Of a stretch of DNA of 64,000 bases, positions 13,363 to 25,404 are shown piece by piece (positions within the stretch are counted from its first letter, which is position 1; each line of letters opens with the position of its first letter). The stretch is from contig NW_025767135.1 of NCBI RefSeq assembly GCF_003918875.1, positions 2,666,001 to 2,730,000 of the forward strand. Direction: 5' to 3'. A program made the position numbers and the translations under genes. Under the pieces are notes generated by a model that was not told the DNA's origin, made no database searches, and saw nothing but the letters and a program-made list of their open reading frames with translations. This DNA comes from Haliotis rubra. Lineage: Eukaryota.

Positions 13363-14914
13363 AATAAGGATTGTATTGATAAGTTATCCGAAACAAAAAG
13401 CACAACATTTGTCCTAACAATCCTCAAAATGATGCTTATATTTTGCCACACAAAAAATTAACAAAATGTTTTTCATTATAACCTCAGCTCAACAATTTTG
13501 TACTTTTCCTCAAATTGAAATAAATGACATCAAAACAACATTTTAGACCTTGGACTGACTGAATTTCACCTCCGTGTGAAACATTGCTCAAGCCGTATTG
13601 ACTGTCAACTCTCTCATTTTCTACTGCCTAACAGTCTCTCTTCACTAATAAACAATTCCCATGTTAACAGCTTCAGCATATATTTCAGACAAAAACATCC
13701 CTTTTCAATCCAGCCAGATTTCCAAACTTGGCTAGTTTGCTTGGACAATAAAATGGGCCATGGGTTTTTGTTTTGTTCAGGGACGCAGGCACTTGCTTGT
13801 GAAGCCCAGCATACTGACATCAATGTTTGGGTATGAGGTTCTACAAGATGGCTCTTGTTGATCTGCTTTCATTTACTTCAAATACTCACTCAACAAGCAG
13901 TGACTGCGATATAGAAATGAGATTTTCAGGGACCTGTTTCTTACGCTAAAGCCAAAACTTTATCATGAATTACAGGTGATTTTCACATGGGTAAAATGTT
14001 TCTTTACAGGGGTGTTTTGCAGGGCTCATCGAGCCCCATATTTTGTTTGTTAGCACAAGATTTTGCAACTTTGTTGAAACTGCTCAAACAAGACTTTACC
14101 AATGCTAAACTTGTGTCTATGTCACGGTGACCTGAGACCGAACTGCGATGTCAACCCTACGACAGAGCTGTTTGACGATTCAGTGAAATGTAATATCTCC
14201 ATCCCTACAGGTGTTTGTTGCCATGACGAGGATGACAGCTTGCACGCTGGCCAATACTCCCCCAAACAACAGAGATACCTGCCCAACAAATATAAACAAT
14301 CAACGCATTTCCTTTACTGGCGGACTAATATTTTTATATTAGATTGTTTATTCTGGGATAAATTACGTTATTGGGTATGAATATGAAGGATGTGGGTCTT
14401 TTAAGAAGGAAGTTCACTGTTATGGATTCGAAATGTTTATTTAAATAAAGCTTTGACATTTTATTTGCTGCACTTTTATATTTTGGAAGAAAGTAAGCCA
14501 TTGACGTCATATTTGCTATCAATATTAATCAATATAATTTATTTCATTATGCGTGCTATTTAAAATCTTAGAATGTGTTTTAAGAGACAGCTGATCCAGG
14601 ATTACACAAAACAAATTATCACTATGTTTTTAGTGATCCGTTTCTGTGTTCTATGTAATGTTATTATTGACATGCTGCATTAAGCAGTTAAGAGGCAGCA
14701 AATTATATGACATGGCTTTAACTAGATTAATGACATAATTCTATCTTTTTTACATATATTATTTTTGAAGATATTAATTCATTCAATAACCTGAGACCTG
14801 CAACACTACAGGATTTCATCCCACATTGAGCTGGGATGTGATGGGACTGGAATGTTCTCAGCAGCATTAAACCTCACTCACTCACTCACTCACTCACTCA
14901 CTCACTCACCCAAA

Positions 14915-15087
14915 CTGACTGACTGACTGACTGAGTTTAGTTTTAACGCTGCTTTTAGCAATATTCTAGCAATATCACGGTGGGGGACACCAGAAATGGG
15001 CTTAACACATTGTGCCCATGTGGGGAATCGAACCCGGGTCTTCGGCGTGACGAGCCAACGCTTTAACCACTAGGCTACCCCACCGCC
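14915..15087 (-). mobile_element. SINE family A, (AGTC)n-tail subfamily
   Basis: Near-consensus; 5' end runs into the gap. Confidence 0.92.
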
Positions 15088-15528
15088 NNNNNNNNNNNNN
15101 NNNNNNNNNNNNNNNNNNNNNNNNNNNNNNNNNNNNNNNNNNNNNNNNNNNNNNNNNNNNNNNNNNNNNNNNNNNNNNNNNNNNNNNNNNNNNNNNNNNN
15201 NNNNNNNNNNNNNNNNNNNNNNNNNNNNNNNNNNNNNNNNNNNNNNNNNNNCACTCACTCCTCACTCATGGTTCCATGCTCAACTGAACATGGTTGACAC
15301 ATTTCATCATGACATCACTTGAAACTATATATCATTAGTTGTAGCAATTCCAGCATCATCACATTTCAACTTCCCATTGATGTATTGCCAATCAGGCCAT
15401 GGAGATCATTAGTTCAATCAATCATTGAAATCAAATCAATCAAATATTCATGCACCCTCGAATCATATTAGAAGTATCAAATATGAATAACACGTCTCAA
15501 AATTGAAACACAGAAAGTTAATAGCCAG

Positions 15529-15744
15529 GGCCTAGATTTTCGAAACTCTCTTAGAGCTAAGAAAGTCGTAAGTTAATGTTAATGTATGGCACTTACGACT
15601 GTCTTAGCGCTAAGAGAGCTTCCAAAATCTAGGCCCTGGTCTCTTTTTCACAAAGCGATCTTAGCGCTAAGACCATCGTAACTCCCATATTTAACATAGG
15701 CTTACGGTAGCGATAGCGCTAAAACTGATTTACGCAACAGGTCC
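15529..15744. mobile_element. Two tandem ~107-bp palindromic MITEs flanked by CWG (PIF/Harbinger-like)
   Basis: CAG|GGCCTAGATTTT..AAAATCTAGGCC|CTG, then a related element ending GGTCC|CTG; shared cttagcgctaag motif. Confidence 0.8.
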
Positions 15745-16340
15745 CTGGATCCTGAAGACATAGTTGTATTCATTTTCTTTTGAAAGGTTTAAACTGTTTC
15801 AGTCATATCATTGCAGCACCTCATACTGAGATAATACTGTTTGCCTATGATGAATATAATCCAAACTCATAATGGATTGTCTCTCTGTGTTTACACTAAG
15901 CAGTACTGGGTGGCTGATTTCCACTGACCGGCTGGAGAGAGGTTACACATTCACTTTGATGTTGTTATTAAAATGTAGATAGGACAGAAGGGGTTAATCT
16001 GTGTTTAGGGAGTGATTATGTCACCTGTGGTGCCATTCCCATCACAGGTGAGATCTTGTTTGATGCTCACCTCACCTGGAGCTCTAATTATTTCCTTTGA
16101 TGTCAGAGTTCAGTGTTAAGTTCTAACATAATCCTTGATTATGTCTTGAGTGGATAGTGTATGCAGTATATGAAAATAGTTTAAGAAAATGTAAGATTGT
16201 CTGGAGCAGACTTGATAAGGTGAACTACAGCGAAACCTTGCTTAACCAGACAAGTGCTGTTCCTAGTAATGTTGTAGAGGGTTATGGGGACACATCCAGC
16301 AAGTGTTTAATTAAACTGGAAATGTTTGCTTTGAAACAAA

Positions 16341-16494
16341 CACAGGGGCTTGTAACGCAAAAAATCTGGCATCAAGGTATATAATGTCACTAACAGGGTC
16401 TTAACACTAACTAAAACACTTTTATTTAGAGTTAAGATCCGGTTAGTGACTGTATATACCTTGATGCCAGATTTTTGCGTTACAAGCCCCTGTG
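16341..16494. mobile_element. ~154-bp fold-back MITE
   Basis: Near-perfect ~65-bp arms CACAGGGGCTTGTAACGCAAAAA.. / ..TTTTTGCGTTACAAGCCCCTGTG. Confidence 0.85.
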
Positions 16495-16719
16495 AAAACA
16501 AGTGTACATATTTTGGACTTGTGACAATATTAAATGTATCGGCAAAAGCTAATATGTGTTAGAATGTGATCTTTTAGATTTTCAGGAAGCATTTCAACAG
16601 TTTTTCAGAGTAAAGTCAAGAAGTACGAAATCACTGGGCAAAAATAAGCATGGGTCATAGACTTGCTTGCAGAATCTTTTCACACAATATGTAGCTTATT
16701 CAAGTCCAAGTGTAATTTT

Positions 16720-17320
16720 CAGGTGGATGCAAGGTGCATCAAGGTGCAGGTACCTTTAGGTACATACATGCAGGTAGGTGCAGGAATAACAGGTAGGAAC
16801 GTATAGACTGAAGTTTTTCAGGTAGATGGAGGTATGTAAAGGTAGAATCATATAGATTAAGGTTTTGAAGGTATATGCACAGGTGTTTACAGGTAGAATA
16901 AGATATTGCAGTTAGTTGCAGGTATACACAGGTAAATCTAGTTATTGCAGGTAGAAACACAGAGAAACATGTGGATTAAAGTATTGCCGGTATGTGCAAG
17001 TATATATAGGTAGGTATATGTTGATTAAGATATTGCGGTTAGATGCATGTAGAAACAAGTGGAGTAAGTAATTGCAGGTAGGAGCAGGTAGATACAGGTA
17101 ATGTTAGGTATTGCAGGTATAAAACATGTATAAAACAGGAAGAAACATGTAGATTAAAGTATTGCATGTAAGTGCAAGTATATACAGGTAGGTACAAGTT
17201 GATAAAATATTGCAGGTAGGTGCATGTATAAACAGCTGCAGGTAGATTAAATAATTGCAGGTAGGAACAGTGCAGACAGGTAAATGGTGCCCAGATTGAT
17301 GCAGATAATGATACAGGTAT
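16720..17320. repeat. Degenerate tgcaggta-rich tandem repeat
   Basis: Recurrent ttgcaggta/acaggta motifs. Confidence 0.7.
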
Positions 17321-17488
17321 CATGTCAGTGCTTTGCTCTCACCAGTAAGATCTTTTTATCAGATTGTCATTCCTTATGTCTCCCCCGTCTCTGTTATCAC
17401 ATGGATTTGCTGTACTACTTGTGGGAGGGACTCTGTGAGACGACTTTGGTGTTGTGTTTTTACATGCCATTGTTTACTGGTAGTGTGG

Positions 17489-17817
17489 GTGGTGGTGGTG
17501 GTTGAATTGGGTTTAACGTCGTGCTTGAGAATATTTCGCTCATATGACGATGTGCATGCGTGTGTATGTGTATGTGCGGCTGCTTGTACTAGCCCAGACT
17601 GAAGCTGGTTTTATAGTGCTAGCCCACTGAGATACCATGCCGCAGTGAAGCAAAAATACCCCACTCAGACACATTATACTGACTCCGAGCCGACCAGTCC
17701 TTGTTGTACCCATTAATGCCGAGCGCCAGACAGGGACCAACAAGTACCATATTTTAACCTCTTTTGGTATGACGCGGTTGGGGATCGAACCCGCGACCTT
17801 CCGCTCTCTGGGCGGAC
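17489..17817 (-). mobile_element. SINE family C: tRNA head + Meta-type central domain + (CCA)n tail
   Basis: B box ggttcgatccc; tggtacttgttggtccctgtctggcgctcggcattaatggg..ggtcggctcggagtcagtataatgtg resembles the Meta/RUDI domain; ~13-bp TSD GGTAGTGTGGGTG. Confidence 0.85.
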
Positions 17818-18174
17818 GGTAGTGTGGGTGCATGTTTGCTTGGGGACTGAGGACCAGAAGGAACTGGATCAAACTGATCACATGTTGTCATTGTCACGAG
17901 ACTTAGACATGGCAGTCTCCATTGCATCACTGTCACAAACCATGGTGTCAGTATGACAGTTGTCATGGTATCTGCTACATATCAGTTTGTTGGCTTGACA
18001 GTCATCGATGCATAAGGGTTGCTGGTTATTGTGTTATCAGTGTTTTTAGTTGTTCTGCCAACATGACAGTTGAAATTGTATCTGTGTTGCAGATTATTGT
18101 GTTGACATGACACTTAACATCAGTATTGCACATTTTATGACAGTTTTTATTATCAGTGTTTTTGTTTTTCTGCA

Positions 18175-18385
18175 GACATGACAGCTGACACATGAGTATT
18201 GCACACTATTTTGTCAACATGATTGACACACACACTATTTTGTCAACATGACAGCTGACACACATGAGTATTGCACACTATTTTGTCAACATGACAGCTG
18301 ACACACATGAGTATTGCACACTATTTTGTCAACATGACAGCTGACACACATGAGTATTGCACACTATTTTGTCAACATGACACTG
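18175..18385. repeat. 43-bp minisatellite within a larger degenerate gtcatgac-rich tract (17870-18480)
   Basis: Units at 18241, 18284, 18327, 18370. Confidence 0.88.
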
Positions 18386-18506
18386 CATCACTTAGTTCTT
18401 AAGTGTTGTCATGACAGTTTTCTTATTAGTGATGTTTGTGTTGTGTCACATGACAGTTTGCAATACATCTGTGTTGAAAATAATTGCATTTTCTTGATAA
18501 ACATAT

Positions 18507-18675
18507 GGGGTGGTTGGGTAGCCTAGTGGTTAAAGCACTGGCTCGTCACGCCGAAGACCCGGGTTCGAATCCCCACATGGGTACAATGTGTGAAGTCCTG
18601 GTGTCCCCCGCCATGATGTTGCTGGAATATTGATAAAAGCGGCGTAAAACTAAACTCAGTCAGTCAGTCAGTCAG
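18507..18675 (+). mobile_element. SINE family A, (AGTC)n tail
   Basis: TSD TGATAA(A/G)CATAT 18495-18506 and 18676-18687. Confidence 0.92.
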
Positions 18676-18861
18676 TGATAAGCATATAGTGTAAGCATGT
18701 GTTGTCGTTAGAGAAACAGGCATCTAGCATGAGAAAACTACCAGTCAACACAAGGCAGAGTTCAATGTTGGTTGAGACAAGGCACTATCTGTCAGCTGTA
18801 ACCTTCACAGTTCAATACTGCAACACTGCAACTTGGCCTTGGTGCAATTCATAGAGACCAG

Positions 18862-18965
18862 GGCCTAGATTTTCGAAGCTCTCTTAGAGCTAAGATAGTC
18901 GTAAGTGCCATTCATTAACATTAACTTACGACTATCTAAGCGCTAAGAGAGCTTCAAAAATCTAG
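18862..18965. mobile_element. Palindromic Harbinger-like MITE (same family as 15529), right end clipped
   Basis: CAG|GGCCTAGATTTTCGAAG..CTTCAAAAATCTAG. Confidence 0.85.
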
Positions 18966-19122
18966 TTATTTATAGCCTGACTGTTATTTATAGCCTGACA
19001 AGGTGTACGTATTATTATTAGTAGTAACACCTGCAATTCAATTTCTGGTGGTCAAAGATTAGGTTGATCTGTGTCAGCAGCAGCAAAGCTTGACAAGGTG
19101 TATTTCTATAACACCTTCCGTG

Positions 19123-19343
19123 TATTATTATTATATTATATGATATTTATATAGCGCACATATCCAGGCAACTAGTGCTTGCTCAAGGCGCTGGTATTTT
19201 TCCCCTCGATCATAGGATGTCAGTCTCAATGGCACATCGTGTTATCAATCTCAACTCCCTGGGGAGCATATAACTCTTGCAGCCACTAGGCGCACCGAGT
19301 TATTGTGACCTTCTCATCCTAACGAGGTACCCATTCACAGCTG
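19123..19343 (-). mobile_element. 5'-truncated SINE with CORE-like segment and L2-type tail
   Basis: Minus strand cagctgtgaatgggtacct..ctccccagggagttgaga..gcgccttgagc..gcgctatataaata(ata)n. Confidence 0.65.
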
Positions 19344-19631
19344 TACATGTACTTGTGTTGAATACACTGTTGAACATTTGTTGAAAATAATATTTTATAA
19401 AACCGTTTCTGCTGACCTCAGCCTTGTGGAATATTGATGTGGAAGCAAGGTATTCCATGAATTAACATTATATGTCTTCTTTGATGTACAGAATCGATTC
19501 ATGTAACTTTCATTGCCATTTATCCATTTTCCCCCAGTGGAATGTGTTAGCATCTTATCAAAATAGTTATTGTCTTATAATAGTGGAGGGATAACAGTAT
19601 ATGGAATAACAACCTCTTTATTACAGTGAGA

Positions 19632-20376
19632 GGGGCAGTGGGATAGCCTAGTGGTTAAAGCATTGGCTCGTCATGCCGAAGACCCGGGTTCGAATCCCCA
19701 CATGGGTACAATGTGTGAAGCCCATTTCTGGTGTCCCCCGCCGTGATCATATCCCAATTACAGGTACATAGATTCGATGATCATACTGTTAATCACTGGA
19801 TTATCTGGACTAGACTCAATTATTTACTAGGGCTGCGCAATATAACCGGTTTACCGGTATTTACCGGTTCAGACATGAAATCGATACATATTGTGATAGG
19901 CTGATGGAAAACCGGTATTCCGACATGCATTCGAAAAACATCGTAACACTCGGAAATCTGGAAGTTAAGTTTGGTTTGAAGTTGTGCTCTTAATTTTTGT
20001 TAAAATGTTTCGCAATGTTTTGGATCTGAATGTTTTAAATCACAGGGCTTTTTTGAGAGTGGAGAAACAAGTTCAAACTGGTAACCACTGTGTTGATGTT
20101 AAATCGTTCTTTTCCTTGTTTCCTCATGATTACAAGTTTTTATTAAAGCTTAATCAAGCATAGTGATTTTGTTGTGTTTTAACTCGATCATAAGTAGTTT
20201 TTTGTTTAAACAAAATTCTTGCAATATATTGCAATACATATCGCAATATATGCTTTCGCTATCGCAATATATCGCAATATGAATAGTCTCTGCAATACCC
20301 ACCCCTATTATTTACAGAATGCTGCCATACAGCTGGAATAATGCTGAGTGTAGCATTGAACAACAAACAAACAAAA
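19632..20376 (+). mobile_element. Chimera: SINE A 5' part (19632-19747) fused to family B 3' part, interrupted by hAT MITE
   Basis: A body ends at ccgtgat; B sequence atcccaatt..cactggattatctgg..ttatttac follows and resumes at 20308. Confidence 0.8.
19828..20307. mobile_element. hAT-type MITE (same family as 11808, opposite orientation, longer)
   Basis: TAGGGCTGCG..CCCACCCCTA; TSD TTATTTAC 19820-19827 and 20308-20315. Confidence 0.9.
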
Positions 20377-20617
20377 GCCATACCTAATTTAATACAATTA
20401 CAGGAAAAATACAGTATTTTGTTCAGGCTGCCAAGAGATTTTTGTTTTCTTTGACCTAATTGTTTCATTACACCAAATATTTCATTTGATCTTTTTGACC
20501 TAATCAATCTGTTGTGGTTTGTTAGCACTTGTGGTGTGAAAACACATGTCAAATTTAAACATGCAATTTTTGGCATGAGGCCAAAAGGTAAAATTAAGTT
20601 GTTCCATGTATTTATAA

Positions 20618-20697
20618 TTTAGGAATGCTTGACAATGACATTAGAATCTATGTCGAAACGTCACCTATACAGAATAAACAAGTTGGCTTGAATCTCA
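20618..20697 (+). mobile_element. Tiny Penelope-like insertion with minimal hammerhead (U3-A8 variant)
   Basis: TTGACAA-t-GACAT tagaatct ATGTC-GAAAC-GTC, then AATAAA; imperfect TSD TTCCATG(T/C)ATTT at 20602 and 20698. Confidence 0.7.
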
Positions 20698-21869
20698 TTC
20701 CATGCATTTTAAGATGGACTTTTTCACTAAAATGTGTTATGTCTAAATCATGAAGAAATCATTATGTGTTTTCACTTTGGGTTAGGACATATAATTAACA
20801 TATTGTAACATCAATCTTTTCCGTTATAAATCATCATCTGGTTAATCACATTGTTTCTTATAATTTTTTCTAAAACAATTGCAAACAAAAAGTTTAATAA
20901 GGTTTCAAGGTTAGTCATTATGAAAAATGGATATAACGGCAAATGAATGGCCTATAGTTCTTGTCAATATTCAATTTTCTTTAGCCATCCAATACATTAT
21001 CATTTTTTCATGAAAGATTTTTATTAAAGAAAATAACAAATTAAATAAAGCCCTTGTCATCTGACAGGCTAGTAGTGGCTCAGTTTACACAGATACATGG
21101 TACTTTGAAGAAGAATTCATGCTCAGCAAATTTAAAAAAACATAATAATGATAATTTTTCTCAGTTTTTCCCAACTTTATGTTTTAGGATCTGAAAATCA
21201 ACAAATTGAAAAATGAGATTTAAAGAGTCAATACAGCTGTATTTGTACAATTCAGGTATTCAGTTCCAGGATTATTCCCAGAGATTGCCATACCGATATG
21301 ACATAACGTTTCTTCTGTTTTAATTCAGATAAACACTGATATACAAACTGGTAACAAATGAACAACTAACGTAGATAGAAATAGAGGCTTTATTGTTCTT
21401 GTAGGTGATACATGTATCAATCTCTCTGTTATTCCTGGCTGTGACAGGGGATTAATGCCGTTGAAAGCTTGTTCAAACATGCCGACTTCATTGCTGTGAT
21501 ACACTGGTACTCGACATTCAGACATTTCTACAGACGTGGTGTGATCCAACGATGAATAATATTTCTCATCTGTGGAAATCCTTACATTTTCTTTTGAGCA
21601 GATTACTTAGAAACATAGTTGTCTATGCTAAGACGAGGATGTTATGCAGGCTGATGAAGCACGAAGACCAGGGAGGGTTTCATCCTCGTCAGCGATATCT
21701 GGTTTTGTCAAGGTGACCATGAAGTGTTATCAGGAATTCTCAGTTACCTGTGGCTAAAAGTTTAGCCAATGGTGTCATTCTTGTCTTGAGGACAAGGACG
21801 TGTTAAGGACAAAGATTGGTGTTTGCCTCCCGTGATATAAACATGTCAAATACTGTCTATACAATGAAA

Positions 21870-22108
21870 TCCCGTGAAGATTAGAACTGGTTTTCAGCAA
21901 CCCATGTTTGTTGTAAGAGGCGGCTAATGGGATCGAGTGGTCAGGCTCACTGACTTGTGTCACTGTGTCCCAATTGTGTAGATTGATGCTCATGATGTTG
22001 ATCACTGGATTATCTCGTCCAGGCTTGATTATTTACAAACTACAGTCATATAGCATGTAGGTGGAATATTACTAAATATTATTTATTACATGGTTAAACA
22101 AACAAACA
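21870..22108 (+). mobile_element. Retroposon family B, diverged
   Basis: cccgtgaaga..gtaagaggcggctaa..(AAAC)n. Confidence 0.85.
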
Positions 22109-22419
22109 ATAAAAACCATTTTACTTTCCTTTTATGACAGTGATAATGAGTAATATTGTTCCATCTTTATTTTAGTGGATAAATCATAAGCATTATTGAT
22201 ATCCATGATTAATTGTACAGAGGTGTTATTGAAAATATATTTCTATGGAAACAAGACCTTATAAAGGAGAATGAGAGGTCATATAAATCAATCTGTGTAA
22301 TGTTGATCATTTTCAATAATTTTGTATGTGTGAACATGCAAGTGATCATGCAAGTCTGGAACTAACAGTGATTGATACTGTGAGCATTGACCTATGCTGA
22401 TAGGGTACATGGCCATACG

Positions 22420-22682
22420 ACCCGTGAAGATCCGGGGTAGAATAGGTCTTCAGCAACCCATGCTTGCCACAAAAGGCGACTATGCTTGTCGTAAGAGGCG
22501 ACTAACGGGATTGGGTGGTCAGGCTCGCTGACTTGGTTGTCACATGTCATTGGTTCCCCATTGCCTAGATCGATGCACATGCTGTTGATCACTGGATTGT
22601 CTGGTCCAGGCTCGATTATTTACAGACCGCCGCCATATAGCTGGAATATTGCTGAGTGCGGTGTAAAACTCAACTCACTCAC
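22420..22682 (+). mobile_element. Retroposon family B, full length, variant with duplicated hairpin module
   Basis: tgcttgccacaaaaggcgacta-tgcttgtcgtaagaggcgacta; TSD around TGGCCATAC at 22410 and 22684. Confidence 0.92.
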
Positions 22683-23002
22683 GTGGCCATACAATCAACC
22701 AAGTTCACTAGACCTCACCACTCATCTCTAAAACAACAAGCAGAGGTTTTTGAAGGCTTATCTTTATCAATATCATAACAAATTGTACACTGTTAGTCTT
22801 GTCGTCTAACATCAGTAACTGTTCAAGAATTAAGAGACAGTTGGTGCCATCTTTGTAAATATTTATGCACAAATGTTATAAACAGAATACTTTCATCAAA
22901 ATTAGTCAAGTAATTGTTCTTCAGTCACTGTGGATGTACTCAATCAGCCACCACTGAGAAAACATGGTTACATGAATCATGTTTAATATATACATATACC
23001 GG

Positions 23003-23744
23003 TACTCTTCAACAAAAGTAGGGGAACTTCATATTTAATTTACAATTGAAAAAATTCGGAGATATATCAGAGTCAAACAATGCTGATATGATAATAATGA
23101 ATGTTTTGAGAGTGCATCACCACTTGTACTTCCTTATGACCATAGTTGTTTGTACAGTCATTCTTCTTGAAAGATGATTGGTGTATGACGTGAAATTTGC
23201 ATGTGTACGAGTTTCATTTTCAAACAATAAATGGCTAGAAACAAACACTAATAACTTTTTGATGCAAGATGATTGTCAAAATTAATGGTCTACAGTGATT
23301 TATCAAACCTTTTGAAAACCGTCACAATCAAGAATGACACAATATGCAGTGAGAGTGAGTGAGTGAGTTTAGTTTTACGCCACACTCAGCAATATTCCAG
23401 ATATATGGCGGAGGCCTTAAAATAATCGAGTCTGGACCAGACAATCCAGTGATAAACAGCATGAGCATCGATCTGCGCAATTGGGAACCGATGACATGTG
23501 CCAACCAAGTCAGCGAGCCTGACCACCTGATCCCGTTAGTCGCCTCTTACGACAAGCATGGGTTACTGAAGATCAATAGTCTAACCCGGACCTTCACGGG
23601 TTCACAACATGCATGTGTATGGGGGTGGTGATAAAGAGAAATGGTGGTGTGTTCATAAGATGTCTGTCTTTGAAAAGTTTGTTGACGCTTATGCTTCCAA
23701 TCCAAACTGAAAGTTCAGGCTTCCCCTACTTTTTTTGAAGAGTA
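23003..23744. mobile_element. Tc1/mariner-like MITE hosting a family B copy
   Basis: TIR TACTCTTCAACAAAAGTAGGGGAA / TTCCCCTACTTTTTTTGAAGAGTA, TA at right flank. Confidence 0.8.
23349..23601 (-). mobile_element. Retroposon family B, full length
   Basis: TSD CACAA(T/C)ATGCA 23338-23348 and 23603-23613. Confidence 0.92.
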
Positions 23745-24099
23745 TATAAGGTAATAATTGTTCTTAGATGTAGACATTGCAATGATGACTGTTCCACAAT
23801 GCTAACAATGACTTAGACATATTTGTGTTTATTTTTCTGCAAATGATCTATTTATCTATTTCATTTAAGATTCTGTTTCATATCAAACAAAACAGAGCCA
23901 GGTCTGTCTGTATATCTTTCACTTAAAACAAACATTTCAAGTTAACCACACCCTAACTTAAATCTGGTAGGTCAGTGTTTATTTATTAAATATTCATTAA
24001 CTGTGTCGCCAAATGGATTAACCCTCTTCAAGTATTTGCCTGGAGTTTTTAGGATTAAATAGACAGTAGATAGTGACTAAGTAGGTTGTACTTGCAACC

Positions 24100-25150
24100 T
24101 GTATCAGAGACAAAATACTTAGTCTTGTGAGAATACTTTAAACCAGTCCTTGACAAGACACAATCGCGGTTACCCTTAAAAATTTTCATTATTGATAATC
24201 ACTACAAATATTAAACTCTTGAAAGAATACTTTCACCCCAGTCTTTGGCTAGAAATAATTTCTGTGGCTTGATAGATATAATCTTTGTAAAAGACAAAAA
24301 GATTAAACTCCAGAGAGAATACTTTTACTCTAGTCCCTGGAAAGAGATAATCTCTGTGGCTTGGTAGGTATAACCTTTGTGAATCGCAAAAAGATTAAAC
24401 TCTTGAGAGAATACTTTTACCTCAGTCCTTGGCAAGAGATAATCTCTGTGGCTTGGTAGGTATAACCAGGTGAATTGCAAAAGATTAAACTTTGAGAGAA
24501 TACTTTTACCCTCCAGTCCTTGGCAAGAGATTTCTCTGTGGTTGGTAGGTATAACCTTTGTGAATCGCAAAAGATTAAATGAGAAAAGTGGTCCTTGGCT
24601 CTGTATTGATAATCACTACAAAATATTAAACTCTTGAGAGAATACTTTTACCCCAATCCTTGGCAAGAAATAATCTCTGTGGCTTGATAGATAGGACCTT
24701 TGTGAATGCCAAAAGATTAAACTCTTGAGAGAATACCTTTACCCCAATCCTTGGCTAGAAATAATCTCTGTGGCTTGATAGATAGGACCTTTGTGAATGC
24801 CAAAAAGATTAAACTCTTGAGAGAATACCTTTACCCCAATCCTTGGCTAGAAATAATCTCTGTGGCTTGATAGATAGGACCTTTGTGAATGCCAAAAAGA
24901 TTAAACTCTTGAGAGAATACTTTTACCCCAATCCTTGGCTAGAAATAATCTCTGTGGCTTGATAGATAGGACCTTTGTGAATGCCAAAAAGATTAAACTC
25001 TTGAGAGAATACTTTTACCCCAGTCCTTGGCTAGAAATAATCTCTGTGGCTTGATAGATAGGACCTTTGTGAATGCCAAAAACATCAAACTCTTGAGAGA
25101 ATACTTTTACCCCAGTCCTTGGTACGAGATAATCACTGTGGCTTGGTAGA
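24100..25150. repeat. 92-bp minisatellite
   Basis: Units at 24719, 24811, 24903; left part more diverged. Confidence 0.93.
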
Positions 25151-25338
25151 AATTCATGTAACCTTTACTATATACAATGAATGTTTGCTACAATACTCTT
25201 ATACCAATGCTTTCACATAAGATAATCTGTATGGTAAATATAACAGACATCAGTGAAAGATTTTATCAAATATCATCGCTATCTAAACAAAAGCAGATTA
25301 CATGTGAAATGAAAGGCAAATGGACAACTGAAGTAATG

Positions 25339-25404
25339 ATGTCTTTCAGTGGCATTTAGAAGTTGTACATAGATGTCCAAGATATTTTTATGGATAAAAT
25401 ATCT
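25339..25404 (-). mobile_element. Tiny Penelope-like terminal fragment with short inverted arm
   Basis: 18-bp direct repeat TGGACAACTGAAGTAATG 25321-25338 and 25405-25422; near-identical to 13248 element. Confidence 0.72.

Noticed and set aside
21650-21670. CTGATGA as a hammerhead core (also 40157)
   Set aside because: No stem II followed by GAAA and no cleavage triplet in the proper geometry.
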